Of a DNA stretch of 64,000 nucleotides, positions 51,905 to 60,952 are shown piece by piece. The notes under the pieces are model-generated. The model was not told where the DNA came from. It saw only the letters and a list, made by a program, of their open reading frames with translations, and did no database searches. Each line of letters begins with the position of its first letter. The stretch's first letter is position 1. Made by a program: the position numbers and the translations under genes. Origin of the DNA: Syntrophales bacterium (GTDB lineage: Bacteria; Desulfobacterota; Syntrophia; Syntrophales; PHBD01); NCBI GenBank assembly GCA_963668175.1, contig OY764159.1:4096001-4160000 (forward strand). The letters run 5' to 3'.

Positions 51905-51998
51905 AGTTCATCCGCCTTTCGTGCGTTAATCTGGATTTACACCGATACAAGTATAGTATAATCTCATCTCCCTTACAAACGGGATTTGATCAGGAGGC

Positions 51999-52667
51999 TT
52001 ACAATTGCGCGGCGAGACGCCGGATGGCGTCGGACTCGAAGATCCGGGTCCCGGAAAAATCGCTATGAACCGCCTTCCATACAGCCGCAGCCACGGCCCT
52101 GGCCGGGACCGGCCTGTATTTTCCGGGCAGGACGAAGGCCATTGGCGCGAGGATCGCCTTCAACAAAATTTCGCCGGGGCGGAATTCCCGTCTTTTTCCC
52201 AGGAGCAGGGAGGGACGGAAGATTCCGACGCTTTCGTATCCGAGGCGGCCGATGGCCTCCTCCAGTTCCCCTTTTACGCGGTTGTAGAAAAAGAAGGAAC
52301 GTGAGTCCGCACCCATGGCAGAGACAAGAAAGAAGCGCCGGGCTCCGTTTTCGACGGCCATTTTTGCCAGATCATAAGGGTATCCGAAATCGATCCGGTA
52401 AAAATTTTCCCTGGAACCGGCCTTATTTATGGTGCTGCCGAGGGCGCAGACGACATTGTCCACCCGGACGAGTTCGCGGCAGCGGTCTATCCGGTCGAAA
52501 TCGACGACATACTGCCTCATGCCGGGCGAAAGATTCCCTTCGGAAAGCAGGGTGCGAGTGAGAATCGTCACATCGCCATAGTAATCATCGTCCCGGAGCA
52601 ATCCAAGGAACTCGCTGCCGACGAGACCCGTAGCGCCGAGAAGGAGGAGCGATTTACCTTTCGACAT
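51999..52667 (-). CDS. NAD(P)-binding oxidoreductase (TIP30/YraR-like atypical SDR)
   Basis: GATGLVG, CALGST, VSAMGAD, YNRVKG and RPSLLLG. Confidence 0.88.
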   Translation of the reverse strand: MSKGKSLLLLGATGLVGSEFLGLLRDDDYYGDVTILTRTLLSEGNLSPGMRQYVVDFDRIDRCRELVRVDNVVCALGSTINKAGSRENFYRIDFGYPYDLAKMAVENGARRFFLVSAMGADSRSFFFYNRVKGELEEAIGRLGYESVGIFRPSLLLGKRREFRPGEILLKAILAPMAFVLPGKYRPVPARAVAAAVWKAVHSDFSGTRIFESDAIRRLAAQL

Positions 52668-52679
52668 GAAGATTGTCCG

Positions 52680-52862
52680 TCACTTAAGCCGGGGATCGAT
52701 TTCGCCGAACTGACAATCGGGCGTGTAGCATGTTACGTTAAGAAATTCGCAGCGTTTTTTGCAGGCCGGGCACTCCGCCGGAGGGCTGGTCGTCTGGACG
52801 GTGTTGCCGCAATTGCTGCATTTCCAGAACGGGTCCGGTATTTTCACTCTGTCTTCCGTCAT
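52680..52862 (-). CDS. Small rubredoxin-like protein (60 aa)
   Basis: AGGAG RBS; WKCSNCG...ECPACKKRC plus a TCYTPDC tail. It is the C-terminal part of ORF 52680..53165. Confidence 0.75.
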   Translation of the reverse strand: MTEDRVKIPDPFWKCSNCGNTVQTTSPPAECPACKKRCEFLNVTCYTPDCQFGEIDPRLK

Positions 52863-52949
52863 GGTTCGTTTCTCCTTTCCATGAATACAAGATCGTTGAC
52901 TTAAGATTTTATTCTGTACTAATGTCCGTGTCAAAGGAAAGATCATCTC

Positions 52950-53237
52950 ATGAAAAAATGCCATCGTTGCCACAAGACCATCCCCATCGAAGACACACCG
53001 GGCAGGAGAGAAACATGCCCTAACTGCGGCGCCGATCTTCATTGTTGCTTGAACTGCCGTTTTTACGATCCGGACGCCTACAATCAATGCCGGGAACCCC
53101 AGGCCGAAAGGGTCCTGGACAAAGACAGAAGCAATTTCTGCGACTTTTTTGTCTTTACGGACCAACTATGGTCTTCCGCTCTGAAAGTCCCCGGAGTGTC
53201 TGCCAAACAGAAGCTGGAAGATCTATTCAAAAAATAA
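52950..53237 (+). CDS. Cys-rich putative Zn-binding protein
   Basis: CHRC, CPNC, HCCLNCRFY, NQCRE and NFCDFF. Confidence 0.78.
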   Translation: MKKCHRCHKTIPIEDTPGRRETCPNCGADLHCCLNCRFYDPDAYNQCREPQAERVLDKDRSNFCDFFVFTDQLWSSALKVPGVSAKQKLEDLFKK

Positions 53238-53296
53238 GCCTCGGCCGTCGGGCCCGTGTGTAATGCAAGGAGTGCGATCATGGAGATTTCTGCGTC

Positions 53297-54844
53297 ATGA
53301 ATGGAGCTGAACTGTTGTTAAAGACGGCTATGGAAGCCGGGATCGAAGTATGTTTCACCAACGCCGGAACGACGGAAATGCCCTTGGTGGCCGCCTTTGA
53401 CCGGATCGCAAAGATGAGGCCGGTTCTGGGCCTATTTGAAGGCGTTTGTACCGGAGCGGCGGACGGTTACGGCCGCATGATGCAGAAGCCCGCCCTGGTT
53501 CTGCTCCACCTCGGCCCCGGCTTGGGCAACGGTATCGCCAATTTGCATAACGCCAGGCGGGCGGGAACGCCCGTCGTAAACATTATCGGCGACCACACCA
53601 CATGGCACCGTTCCGCCGATGCCCCGCTCACCATGGACATCGAAACGCTGGCCGGCACGGTTTCCGGATGGCGGCGCACGGTAAAAGACGCACGAAACCT
53701 GTCGCAGGACATGGCGGACGCCATCGCCGCGGCCACGAAGGGACAGATAAGCAGCCTCATCGTCCCCCACGACTGCCAGTGGACAACCCTGTCCGATCAA
53801 GAGGTCGGCAAGCCTTCTTTTCTTCCGACATCTGCGGATCATGCAAGGATCGAGGAGGCGGCGCGCCTATTGAAGACGGCCAAGAAACCGCTGCTCCTTC
53901 TGGGAGGGAAAGCCTTGCGGAGGGAGGGGTTGATAGAAGCGTGCCGAATTCGTTCGGCAACGGCATGCGATCTCATGTCGGTCACGTTTCCCCCTTATGC
54001 GGACCGCGGGGCGGGCCTGCCCGTCATTCCCAGGATTCCCTATTTCCCGGAACAGGCTGCGGCATCCCTGTCGCCATACGACACGGTTATCCTGGCCGGC
54101 GCCCGGGAGCCGGTCGCCTTCTTCGGATACGAAAACGGGCCGAGCCGGCTGCTCAATCCGGACAGCCGGCGACTTCAGATCGCCGCTGAGGGTGCGGACG
54201 AAGCAGAAGCCCTGGAAATTCTCGCGGATATGCTCTCCGCCCCGTCGGCCGGGATGACCCTGCGCGACCACGGCGCACCTTTCGCGCGGCCTGAGTTGCC
54301 GACAGGCGTTTTAACGGCGGAGAAGGTTTGTATGATCGTTGCGGCCCGGCAGCCGGAAGGGGCCATTATCGTCGAAGAGGCTATCACGTCGGCATTTTCC
54401 TACTATCCTCTGGCCGCAAACGTCCATCCCCACAGTTTCATGACCATCACCGGCGGCGCCATCGGCTGGGGAATACCCTGCGCCACCGGCGCGGCGATAG
54501 CCTGCCCGGACCGGCCGGTTATCGACCTGCAGGCCGACGGAAGCGCCATGTACACCTTTCAGGGACTATGGACCCAGGCCAGGGAAGGCCTGGACGTGTC
54601 CACCCTCATCTGTAACAATCGCAGCTATTTCATCCTCCAGGTGGAAATGATGCGGGCCGGCCTGACGGCAAGCACCAAATCGTCTTCGCTGACAGATCTT
54701 ACCAACCCCGCGATCGACTGGGTTCAGGCGAGCAGGGGTATGGGCGTGCCCGCCGTTTCCGTGTCCACCGCCGAATCGCTCGACCGGGAACTTCGGAAGG
54801 CGCTTGCAGAACCGGGGCCGCATCTGATTGACATGATTTTATAA
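53297..54844 (+). CDS. ThDP-dependent enzyme, acetolactate synthase large subunit-like
   Basis: CFTNAGTTEM, LFEGVCTGAADGY, LHLGPG and ThDP motif ADGSAMY...NN. Confidence 0.9.
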   Translation: MNGAELLLKTAMEAGIEVCFTNAGTTEMPLVAAFDRIAKMRPVLGLFEGVCTGAADGYGRMMQKPALVLLHLGPGLGNGIANLHNARRAGTPVVNIIGDHTTWHRSADAPLTMDIETLAGTVSGWRRTVKDARNLSQDMADAIAAATKGQISSLIVPHDCQWTTLSDQEVGKPSFLPTSADHARIEEAARLLKTAKKPLLLLGGKALRREGLIEACRIRSATACDLMSVTFPPYADRGAGLPVIPRIPYFPEQAAASLSPYDTVILAGAREPVAFFGYENGPSRLLNPDSRRLQIAAEGADEAEALEILADMLSAPSAGMTLRDHGAPFARPELPTGVLTAEKVCMIVAARQPEGAIIVEEAITSAFSYYPLAANVHPHSFMTITGGAIGWGIPCATGAAIACPDRPVIDLQADGSAMYTFQGLWTQAREGLDVSTLICNNRSYFILQVEMMRAGLTASTKSSSLTDLTNPAIDWVQASRGMGVPAVSVSTAESLDRELRKALAEPGPHLIDMIL

Positions 54845-54957
54845 AACCGGACGGGATATGGTCCGGTTCGACCATCTTAATAATAGAGGAATCTTTGTCG
54901 ATTCCGGCTGTGCCCAACTGAAAAACCCCTTTACGGAGCTTGTTCAGAGGCATTTCC

Positions 54958-55479
54958 ATGATTCGGCCATGCAACTTTGAAGATGCGGACGATTTCGAGG
55001 CGATTTACGACATCGTCAATCACTCCGCCGAAATCTACCGGGATATCATTCCCGCAGAACAGTGGACCGTCCCCTATTTTTCCAGGCTGGAACTACAACA
55101 GGAAATCGACAGGGGCGTTGCTTTCTGGGGATACGAGGAAATCGGATCGCTCATTGCCGTCATGGGCATCCAGCATGTCCTCGACGCCACCCTGATCAGA
55201 TATCTTTATGTCCAGAGGGGTCGCCGGGGCAAGGGCATAGGCAGCGCATTGATTGCCTTTTTACGGCAATCGACCTCCCGTCCTCTGCTGGCGAATACAT
55301 TTCTGAACGCCGTCAAGGCCATCCATTTCTATGAACTGCACGATTTCCTGCCGGTGGAACAAGAACAGCGAGACCGCCTGATTAAGGCATACTGGCCCCC
55401 GTCCGATCATCGGATCGGGACATACGCCGTTTTAGCGGATCAGAAGGCCCGGGATATTCTGCTGACACGAAATCTCTAA
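54958..55479 (+). CDS. GNAT family N-acetyltransferase
   Basis: Motif A YV...RGKGIGSAL and AIHFY...F; AGAGG RBS before ATG 54958. Confidence 0.85.
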   Translation: MIRPCNFEDADDFEAIYDIVNHSAEIYRDIIPAEQWTVPYFSRLELQQEIDRGVAFWGYEEIGSLIAVMGIQHVLDATLIRYLYVQRGRRGKGIGSALIAFLRQSTSRPLLANTFLNAVKAIHFYELHDFLPVEQEQRDRLIKAYWPPSDHRIGTYAVLADQKARDILLTRNL

Positions 55480-55555
55480 TTCCCGCGGACGATATCAAGA
55501 CGCATCCGGCAAAGCTGCGATAACTCTTCCATGCCGTCGTTTTCCGTTCCCCCCG

Positions 55556-56530
55556 TTATTTCCAGACTTCCGGATTCACCAGGTTGGGCGGCTTCCGGCC
55601 GGTCAGACCGGCGATAAGATTATCCGTCGCCATCATGGCCATCTTCATTCGGGTCTCCAGGGTAGCGCTTCCCACATGGGGCAGGAGCACCGTGTTGGCG
55701 AGGCCCGCCAGGCCTGGCGCCAGGGAGGGTTCGTTTTCATAGACATCGAGGCCCGCCCCCGCTAGCACGCCGTCTTGAAGGGCGGAAACGAGCGCCGGCT
55801 CGTCGACCACCGGTCCCCGCGACGTGTTGATCAGGAAGGCCGCAGGCTTCATCAGCGACAACTCGGCCATGCCGATGAGATGTTTGGTGTTTTCAGCCAG
55901 CGGCACATGGATCGATACGAAATCCGATGAGGCAAGCAGGGTTTTCATGTCCGTATATTCGGCCCGCAGCGATTTCTCTTCCGCTGCATCGATGCGATCC
56001 CGGTTATGATAGAGAATGCGCATGTCGAATCCCGCAGCCCGCCTTGCCACCGCCTTCCCGATCCGGCCCATGCCGATGATGCCCAGGGTCTTGCCCGTCA
56101 CTTCCGTGCCGAGAAAAAGAAAAGGCGCCCAAAATTGAAAACGGCCCTCGCGAACCATTCGGTCGCCCTCGGCAACGCGTCGCGCGACCGACAGAATCAG
56201 CGTAAACGCCAAATCGGCGGTTGTCTCGGTCAGGACGTCGGGGGTATTGGTCACGGGGATTTTCCTGGCGGTCGCCGCCTTCACATCGACATTGTTGTAC
56301 CCGACGGCCATATTGGCAATCATTCTCAGGCGGGGTGCCCGGGACAGGACCTCTTCGTCCACCATGTCGGTAATCATGGACATCAAGCCCTCCTTGTCTC
56401 CTACGGACTCAAGAAGGCGCGCTCTCTTCAAGGGAAGGTCTTCGAAATTCCCTTCCACCTCAAAGACCTCCCGCAAGCGATCCAGAACAGAGGCAGGGAG
56501 ATTCCCGCAAACAAGTATTTTCTGTTTCAT
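55556..56530 (-). CDS. 2-hydroxyacid dehydrogenase (glyoxylate reductase / D-glycerate dehydrogenase)
   Basis: AVGYNNVD, NTPDVL, GMGRIG, NTSRG, LDVYE and PHVGSAT. Confidence 0.92.
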   Translation of the reverse strand: MKQKILVCGNLPASVLDRLREVFEVEGNFEDLPLKRARLLESVGDKEGLMSMITDMVDEEVLSRAPRLRMIANMAVGYNNVDVKAATARKIPVTNTPDVLTETTADLAFTLILSVARRVAEGDRMVREGRFQFWAPFLFLGTEVTGKTLGIIGMGRIGKAVARRAAGFDMRILYHNRDRIDAAEEKSLRAEYTDMKTLLASSDFVSIHVPLAENTKHLIGMAELSLMKPAAFLINTSRGPVVDEPALVSALQDGVLAGAGLDVYENEPSLAPGLAGLANTVLLPHVGSATLETRMKMAMMATDNLIAGLTGRKPPNLVNPEVWK

Positions 56531-56616
56531 GCATTCCCCTTTCGATTCCTATGACCGGCAATCACGGTTCTGATGTTCCGCAGTCCTGATCACTATAATA
56601 GATTCGTGCCCGATCA

Positions 56617-57390
56617 TCAATTCTTTCGTCCGCTGAAATCGGCATCCTGAAAGGCTCGATTCTGCGGAATGATCAGCGCAACGCCCTCCAAGTCGTCTAT
56701 CCCGACCTCGGCATCGCTTACGCTGCATGACAGCATGTGCCCGGCATGTTGACCGTCCCGGGAAATGAAATGCAGGTGAAAACCGGGCATGTTGATACCC
56801 GACAAAAACTCCGGCAGCCAGTAGCCGACAATCGTCCCCTGAAGGTCGACAAACTCAAATACGGCCTGACGGGCGACGACATCCCGGAGAGGAGGGTACG
56901 GTTTGGACTGCCCGGGAACGCTTCGTATTTTAATGTAGGAGAATGTCCCTGTTATCCGGAAAGCATACGGGCGATTGGCGGTGGGCAGGTGACGCGCAAG
57001 ATATCGCTTGAGCGCATCCATGTCCGCAATGCGCTCCGCAAGGCGTATCCGGCGGTCTGCCCTGAAGAAATGGACCATCGCGAAAGGGGCCTTCATGCCG
57101 GGATCGGCTTTTCTGACCGTGCCGTCCACCAGGGCCTGATAGAAGATACCGTCCAGGGCGATCATTTCGCCGTCGATGCCCGTAAAAGTGCCGATCCCGA
57201 AATCCCCGTACCCGGCCAGCCTTTCATAAGTCACTTCCCCGTCGTACAGACCCCTATCCAGCGCCTGGTACGTCGAGACCTGGGTCAGCGTCGCCTGATG
57301 CTTTACCGGCAGACCCGGAGCGCATCCGCACAGGAGCACCAATAAACTAACGACGATACCGGACTTCACCGGCAGGGAAATCATTTTCAC
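56617..57390 (-). CDS. budA: Alpha-acetolactate decarboxylase with predicted lipoprotein signal
   Basis: QVST, GDFGIGTF..IDGEM, PFA, RSVP.Q..PY and Zn site HLHF...GH; lipobox LCGC. Start is GTG 57390 or ATG 57384. Confidence 0.88.
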   Translation of the reverse strand: MKMISLPVKSGIVVSLLVLLCGCAPGLPVKHQATLTQVSTYQALDRGLYDGEVTYERLAGYGDFGIGTFTGIDGEMIALDGIFYQALVDGTVRKADPGMKAPFAMVHFFRADRRIRLAERIADMDALKRYLARHLPTANRPYAFRITGTFSYIKIRSVPGQSKPYPPLRDVVARQAVFEFVDLQGTIVGYWLPEFLSGINMPGFHLHFISRDGQHAGHMLSCSVSDAEVGIDDLEGVALIIPQNRAFQDADFSGRKN

Positions 57391-57466
57391 AGGCAGGGAT
57401 GCCTTTCTTTATGCGGGGGAATGCCATCGGTACACGTGAATGGCCCCCACGGATGTTCTGTATTGC

Positions 57467-57814
57467 CTATTTGTACTCCCGGAACTTGGCTTCGATGGCG
57501 CTGATATCGTCGAGACGAATGAGGGCGTCGAAAAACTCCTTGCCGGTTATCTTCTCCAGGTGCATCCAATGGTCTCCCACCGACTTGACCGATCCCTGCA
57601 AGGTCTTTCCGGAACGCAGATGGATATAGACGTTCTTTCCTGCAAACGATTTGAGATTGTCCGGCAGCGGCGCGGACACGGAGAAAGCGACGTCCGAAAC
57701 AGCCGTCATCCGGGATTGTGCTCCAACATGAGGGGGAAAACAGAAGACCGCCGAACAAATCGCTGTCGCCGTTGCAGCCGCAACAAGCACCGCGAGCCTG
57801 ATCTTTGTCCTCAT
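57467..57814 (-). CDS. Exported small protein with Sm/LSm-like pattern
   Basis: AGGAG RBS, signal peptide, GKNVYIHLRSGKTLQGSVKSV...IRLDDISAIE. Confidence 0.7.
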   Translation of the reverse strand: MRTKIRLAVLVAAATATAICSAVFCFPPHVGAQSRMTAVSDVAFSVSAPLPDNLKSFAGKNVYIHLRSGKTLQGSVKSVGDHWMHLEKITGKEFFDALIRLDDISAIEAKFREYK

Positions 57815-57863
57815 AGCAACTCCTTTCCCGTTATTGATCTTACCGGAATTAAAAAACTGTAAG

Positions 57864-58610
57864 CTATGCGTCCATGCCCTCGATCAGGGCCATCACGTTA
57901 TGCCCCAACACCTGATGGTTGTAACCGCCTTCGAGAACGGCGAAATAACCGCCCTTGTTTCTTCCGGCCGCCTCCCTGACCAGACGGCCGATCTTCTTGT
58001 AGTCCGAAGTGGCCAGAAGCCCGCCCCAATCATCCTCATGATGATCGAAACCTGCCGAAATGCCGATGATGTCGACCTGACGGCTGTCGAGAAATTTCTT
58101 CACCTCGTCTATATACCGCGCCCGGTCCGACGATTTGGGATTCAGGATGGAGACGTATTCCTTCCCGCCCAGGATGTTCACCGTCCCGTCGCCGAAATGA
58201 AGATCGATGTCGAGGACCAGGGCGGAATTAATTCTCCCGTCCCTCCTGAGTTTTTCCAGGGCGATCGGCATGTTGCAGAAGAAGCAGAAACCCCAGGCGC
58301 TGTTGGCCGAGGCATGGTGCCCGGGAGGGCGGATCAGGCCGAAGCAGGGTTCCTTCAATCCGATCTCGGCGGCCTGGATGGCTCCCCCCGCCGCCAGGGC
58401 GGCGATATCGTAAAGCCCTTCCCTGGTGACCTCGGCAATATGGGACGGGGTGTGAACGGCGGCAATATCGTCGGCTGAGGCAGGAACGGCCTCGACGAAC
58501 TGGACCTTGTCGCGGATGACTTTGACGACCGCCTCGATCCGCCCCGTCGCGGCGGCGGGATCCATGGTGTATGACCGGTAGAAATTCTCGTGGAAAACGA
58601 CTTTCATCAT
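57864..58610 (-). CDS. Zn-dependent histone deacetylase family (AcuC/AphA-like) deacylase
   Basis: RPPGHHA, GFC, DIDLHFGDGT, SAGFD and LEGGY; GGAGGT RBS before ATG 58610. Confidence 0.92.
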   Translation of the reverse strand: MMKVVFHENFYRSYTMDPAAATGRIEAVVKVIRDKVQFVEAVPASADDIAAVHTPSHIAEVTREGLYDIAALAAGGAIQAAEIGLKEPCFGLIRPPGHHASANSAWGFCFFCNMPIALEKLRRDGRINSALVLDIDLHFGDGTVNILGGKEYVSILNPKSSDRARYIDEVKKFLDSRQVDIIGISAGFDHHEDDWGGLLATSDYKKIGRLVREAAGRNKGGYFAVLEGGYNHQVLGHNVMALIEGMDA

Positions 58611-58671
58611 GGCACCTCCCTGAACCAATTCACGATTGCCCATAGACATACGGAAAACGACTTCCGACCGC

Positions 58672-59118
58672 CTACAGAAAAAGCAGCGCCTTCAGGAGCT
58701 TGATGGTATTATTGGATACGGGAAGCCCTTTTAATTCGTCCGCTGACAGCCAGCGGGCATCTAGCGCATCGTCCGCTCCCTTGGGTTCACCGCATACATA
58801 GTCAGCCATCATATCGACAATAACGTAATGGTATTTAACACGATTTTCGCCGTCGCGCTCGAAAAAATCGAAGGTATAGACGGGGGCTCCGGCCTTTACG
58901 GTGATACCCGTCTCTTCCATGATTTCTCTTTCCGCGCCTTCCTGCAAGGTCTCCCCCAGCTTCAGCATGCCGCCGGGTATGGCCCACAAATCCTTGCTGG
59001 GAGCAATCCCGCGCCTGATCAAGAGGACCTTGCCGTCCCGGATGACGATGCCGCCGACGCCGACCAGCGGCCGGTCGGGATATTCCCTGCTGCTTTTCCG
59101 TCCCGGCCCTTCGCTCAT
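58672..59118 (-). CDS. NUDIX hydrolase (ADP-ribose pyrophosphatase-like)
   Basis: Nudix box GG...GETLQEGAEREIMEETG; ATG overlaps the NRDE stop (ATGA). Confidence 0.9.
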   Translation of the reverse strand: MSEGPGRKSSREYPDRPLVGVGGIVIRDGKVLLIRRGIAPSKDLWAIPGGMLKLGETLQEGAEREIMEETGITVKAGAPVYTFDFFERDGENRVKYHYVIVDMMADYVCGEPKGADDALDARWLSADELKGLPVSNNTIKLLKALLFL

Positions 59119-59906
59119 GCATTTCCTCCGGACAGGGGGCCGGCCTGAATGGCGAAATCGAATCGCGATGTCAGCCATGATTCGGGATGACCGTTGTAAA
59201 CCCTTTCGATGAATGTCACATGCCCCTTTCGATCGATCATGATGACGGTTGACGAGCGGGTGCCGTATGTGGGACTGACAATGAAAATCGCCGACAGGAT
59301 GCGCTCCCATTCGAGACCGATTCCCGTATCGGGCAGAAGATCGTCGGGAAAGCGCGATCGGTCGGCAAGGACGGCGAATAACGCTTCCGGATCAGGTTCT
59401 TCACTTTGCTCGACGATGGATTTGAGTCCCGCCTTGCCTTTTTCCAGTTTCGGCCATGGCGTATCGAGCTGACGATTGCTCAGTCCGAAAAGACCGGCCT
59501 TCATTTCCTGAATTTTTCCCGAATGGGAAAAATAATAGAGACCCGGCCATTCGCCTAGGAGTAAATTAAACCCGTTGTAGCGATCGACATTCGTCTTTAA
59601 ATGATTGAGAAAATCCGGCGCACCCTTGCGTCCTGTAAGGTAGTCATGGACCAACAATCCCCTTGACAGGGCATTGATCCTCAACGATGCGGGGTCCCGA
59701 TAATTGGTCAGGGCGGCAATCCGCCCTTTTCTGGTGATGCCCAGCCATGTTCCGCCCTCCCTGAGGTCCCTGCCGCCCAGTACTTCCGGAGTGTCCTCCC
59801 AGAGAGCAGCGGCGGCCGAAGGCCTTTCGTAAAATTCGTCGCGATTGGCCGCAAAGATAAACGGATAACGGGGATGTTGTTTATAAGACAACAATATCAG
59901 ACACAT
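59115..59906 (-). CDS. NRDE/TANGO2 family protein
   Basis: Met-Cys start, AANRDEF, GGTWLG, SRG, YNGFNL, LSN, DTPWPK and YGTRSST. ATG 59906 is better spaced from the RBS than ATG 59912. Confidence 0.93.
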   Translation of the reverse strand: MCLILLSYKQHPRYPFIFAANRDEFYERPSAAAALWEDTPEVLGGRDLREGGTWLGITRKGRIAALTNYRDPASLRINALSRGLLVHDYLTGRKGAPDFLNHLKTNVDRYNGFNLLLGEWPGLYYFSHSGKIQEMKAGLFGLSNRQLDTPWPKLEKGKAGLKSIVEQSEEPDPEALFAVLADRSRFPDDLLPDTGIGLEWERILSAIFIVSPTYGTRSSTVIMIDRKGHVTFIERVYNGHPESWLTSRFDFAIQAGPLSGGNA

Positions 59907-59964
59907 ACCCATTCACCCTTGGTTTTCATGTATGAAAGTCCGAAGAACCGTTCAATAGGTTTTT

Positions 59965-60747
59965 TTATCCGAGCTTAGCTTTCACCCGTTCGACGATGCG
60001 TTCCATGACATCGCCGGCAGGCATGTCGATACAGACATCGGCTTCACCGTCGTAAGGCGTCTCGCCCTTATTGATGATAACGAGCTTCGCCCCTCCCCCT
60101 TTGGCGTACATGGGAAGATAGGCGGCCGGGTACACGACCAGGGAAGAGCCGATGACAATCAACAGATCGCAGTTGCTGGCATCCCGGGTGGCATCGTTCA
60201 AAGTCCGCTGGGGCAGGCTCTCGCCGAAAAAAATGACGTCGGGCTTGAGGATGCCCTGGCAGTGTTCGCAAGCGGGGACATCGGCATTTGCCTTGTTCCT
60301 GTCAAGGATCTCCCGCAGAGGATAACGGGCGCGGCATCCCAGGCATACGATCCAGTTCATGCTGCCGTGGAGCTCATAGACCCTCTCAGGGTCATTGCCC
60401 GCTTTCTGATGAAGATTGTCGATATTCTGGGTGATGACGCAGACGAGTTTGCCGATCCGCTCCAGTTCGGCTACGGCAAAATGGGCCTTATTCGGTTCCG
60501 CATCGGCAAAGAGTCCTCCCTCCAGGAGAATCTTCCACTGTTTGCGCCTCGTTTCCGCGCTGTACAAGAATTTATCGATCGTAAAATCGTCGGGATCGAA
60601 CCTCGACCATATTCCGCCCGGCCCCCGGAAATCGGGGATGCCCGACTCTGTGCTGATGCCAGCCCCCGTAAAAACGACCACACGGTCCGCCGCTGTTATG
60701 AAGTCCGCTACGGTATCGATCTTCTTTTCCGCTGCATCCTGCCGCAT
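59965..60747 (-). CDS. cobB: NAD-dependent protein deacylase (sirtuin)
   Basis: TGAGISTESGIPDFRG, TQNIDNLH, ELHGS, two CxxC, KPDVIFFGE and GSSLVVYPAA. Confidence 0.95.
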   Translation of the reverse strand: MRQDAAEKKIDTVADFITAADRVVVFTGAGISTESGIPDFRGPGGIWSRFDPDDFTIDKFLYSAETRRKQWKILLEGGLFADAEPNKAHFAVAELERIGKLVCVITQNIDNLHQKAGNDPERVYELHGSMNWIVCLGCRARYPLREILDRNKANADVPACEHCQGILKPDVIFFGESLPQRTLNDATRDASNCDLLIVIGSSLVVYPAAYLPMYAKGGGAKLVIINKGETPYDGEADVCIDMPAGDVMERIVERVKAKLG

Positions 60748-60952
60748 AGGCCCTCCGGTACAAATTCACTAGACTATATGTAAAATAAAAAGATACAAAT
60801 GAAAAGAGGTAAATGCACAGGACGACGGCATGAAGGATTGCCCCAAATATCCCTGCCCTTTCAAATGGATAGCTTTGTTATTTTTCAATTGTAATCTTCC
60901 CCCGAATTCGTTAAGGTTCTTACCCGTAAAGGCATGGAGCAGATAAAACCTT

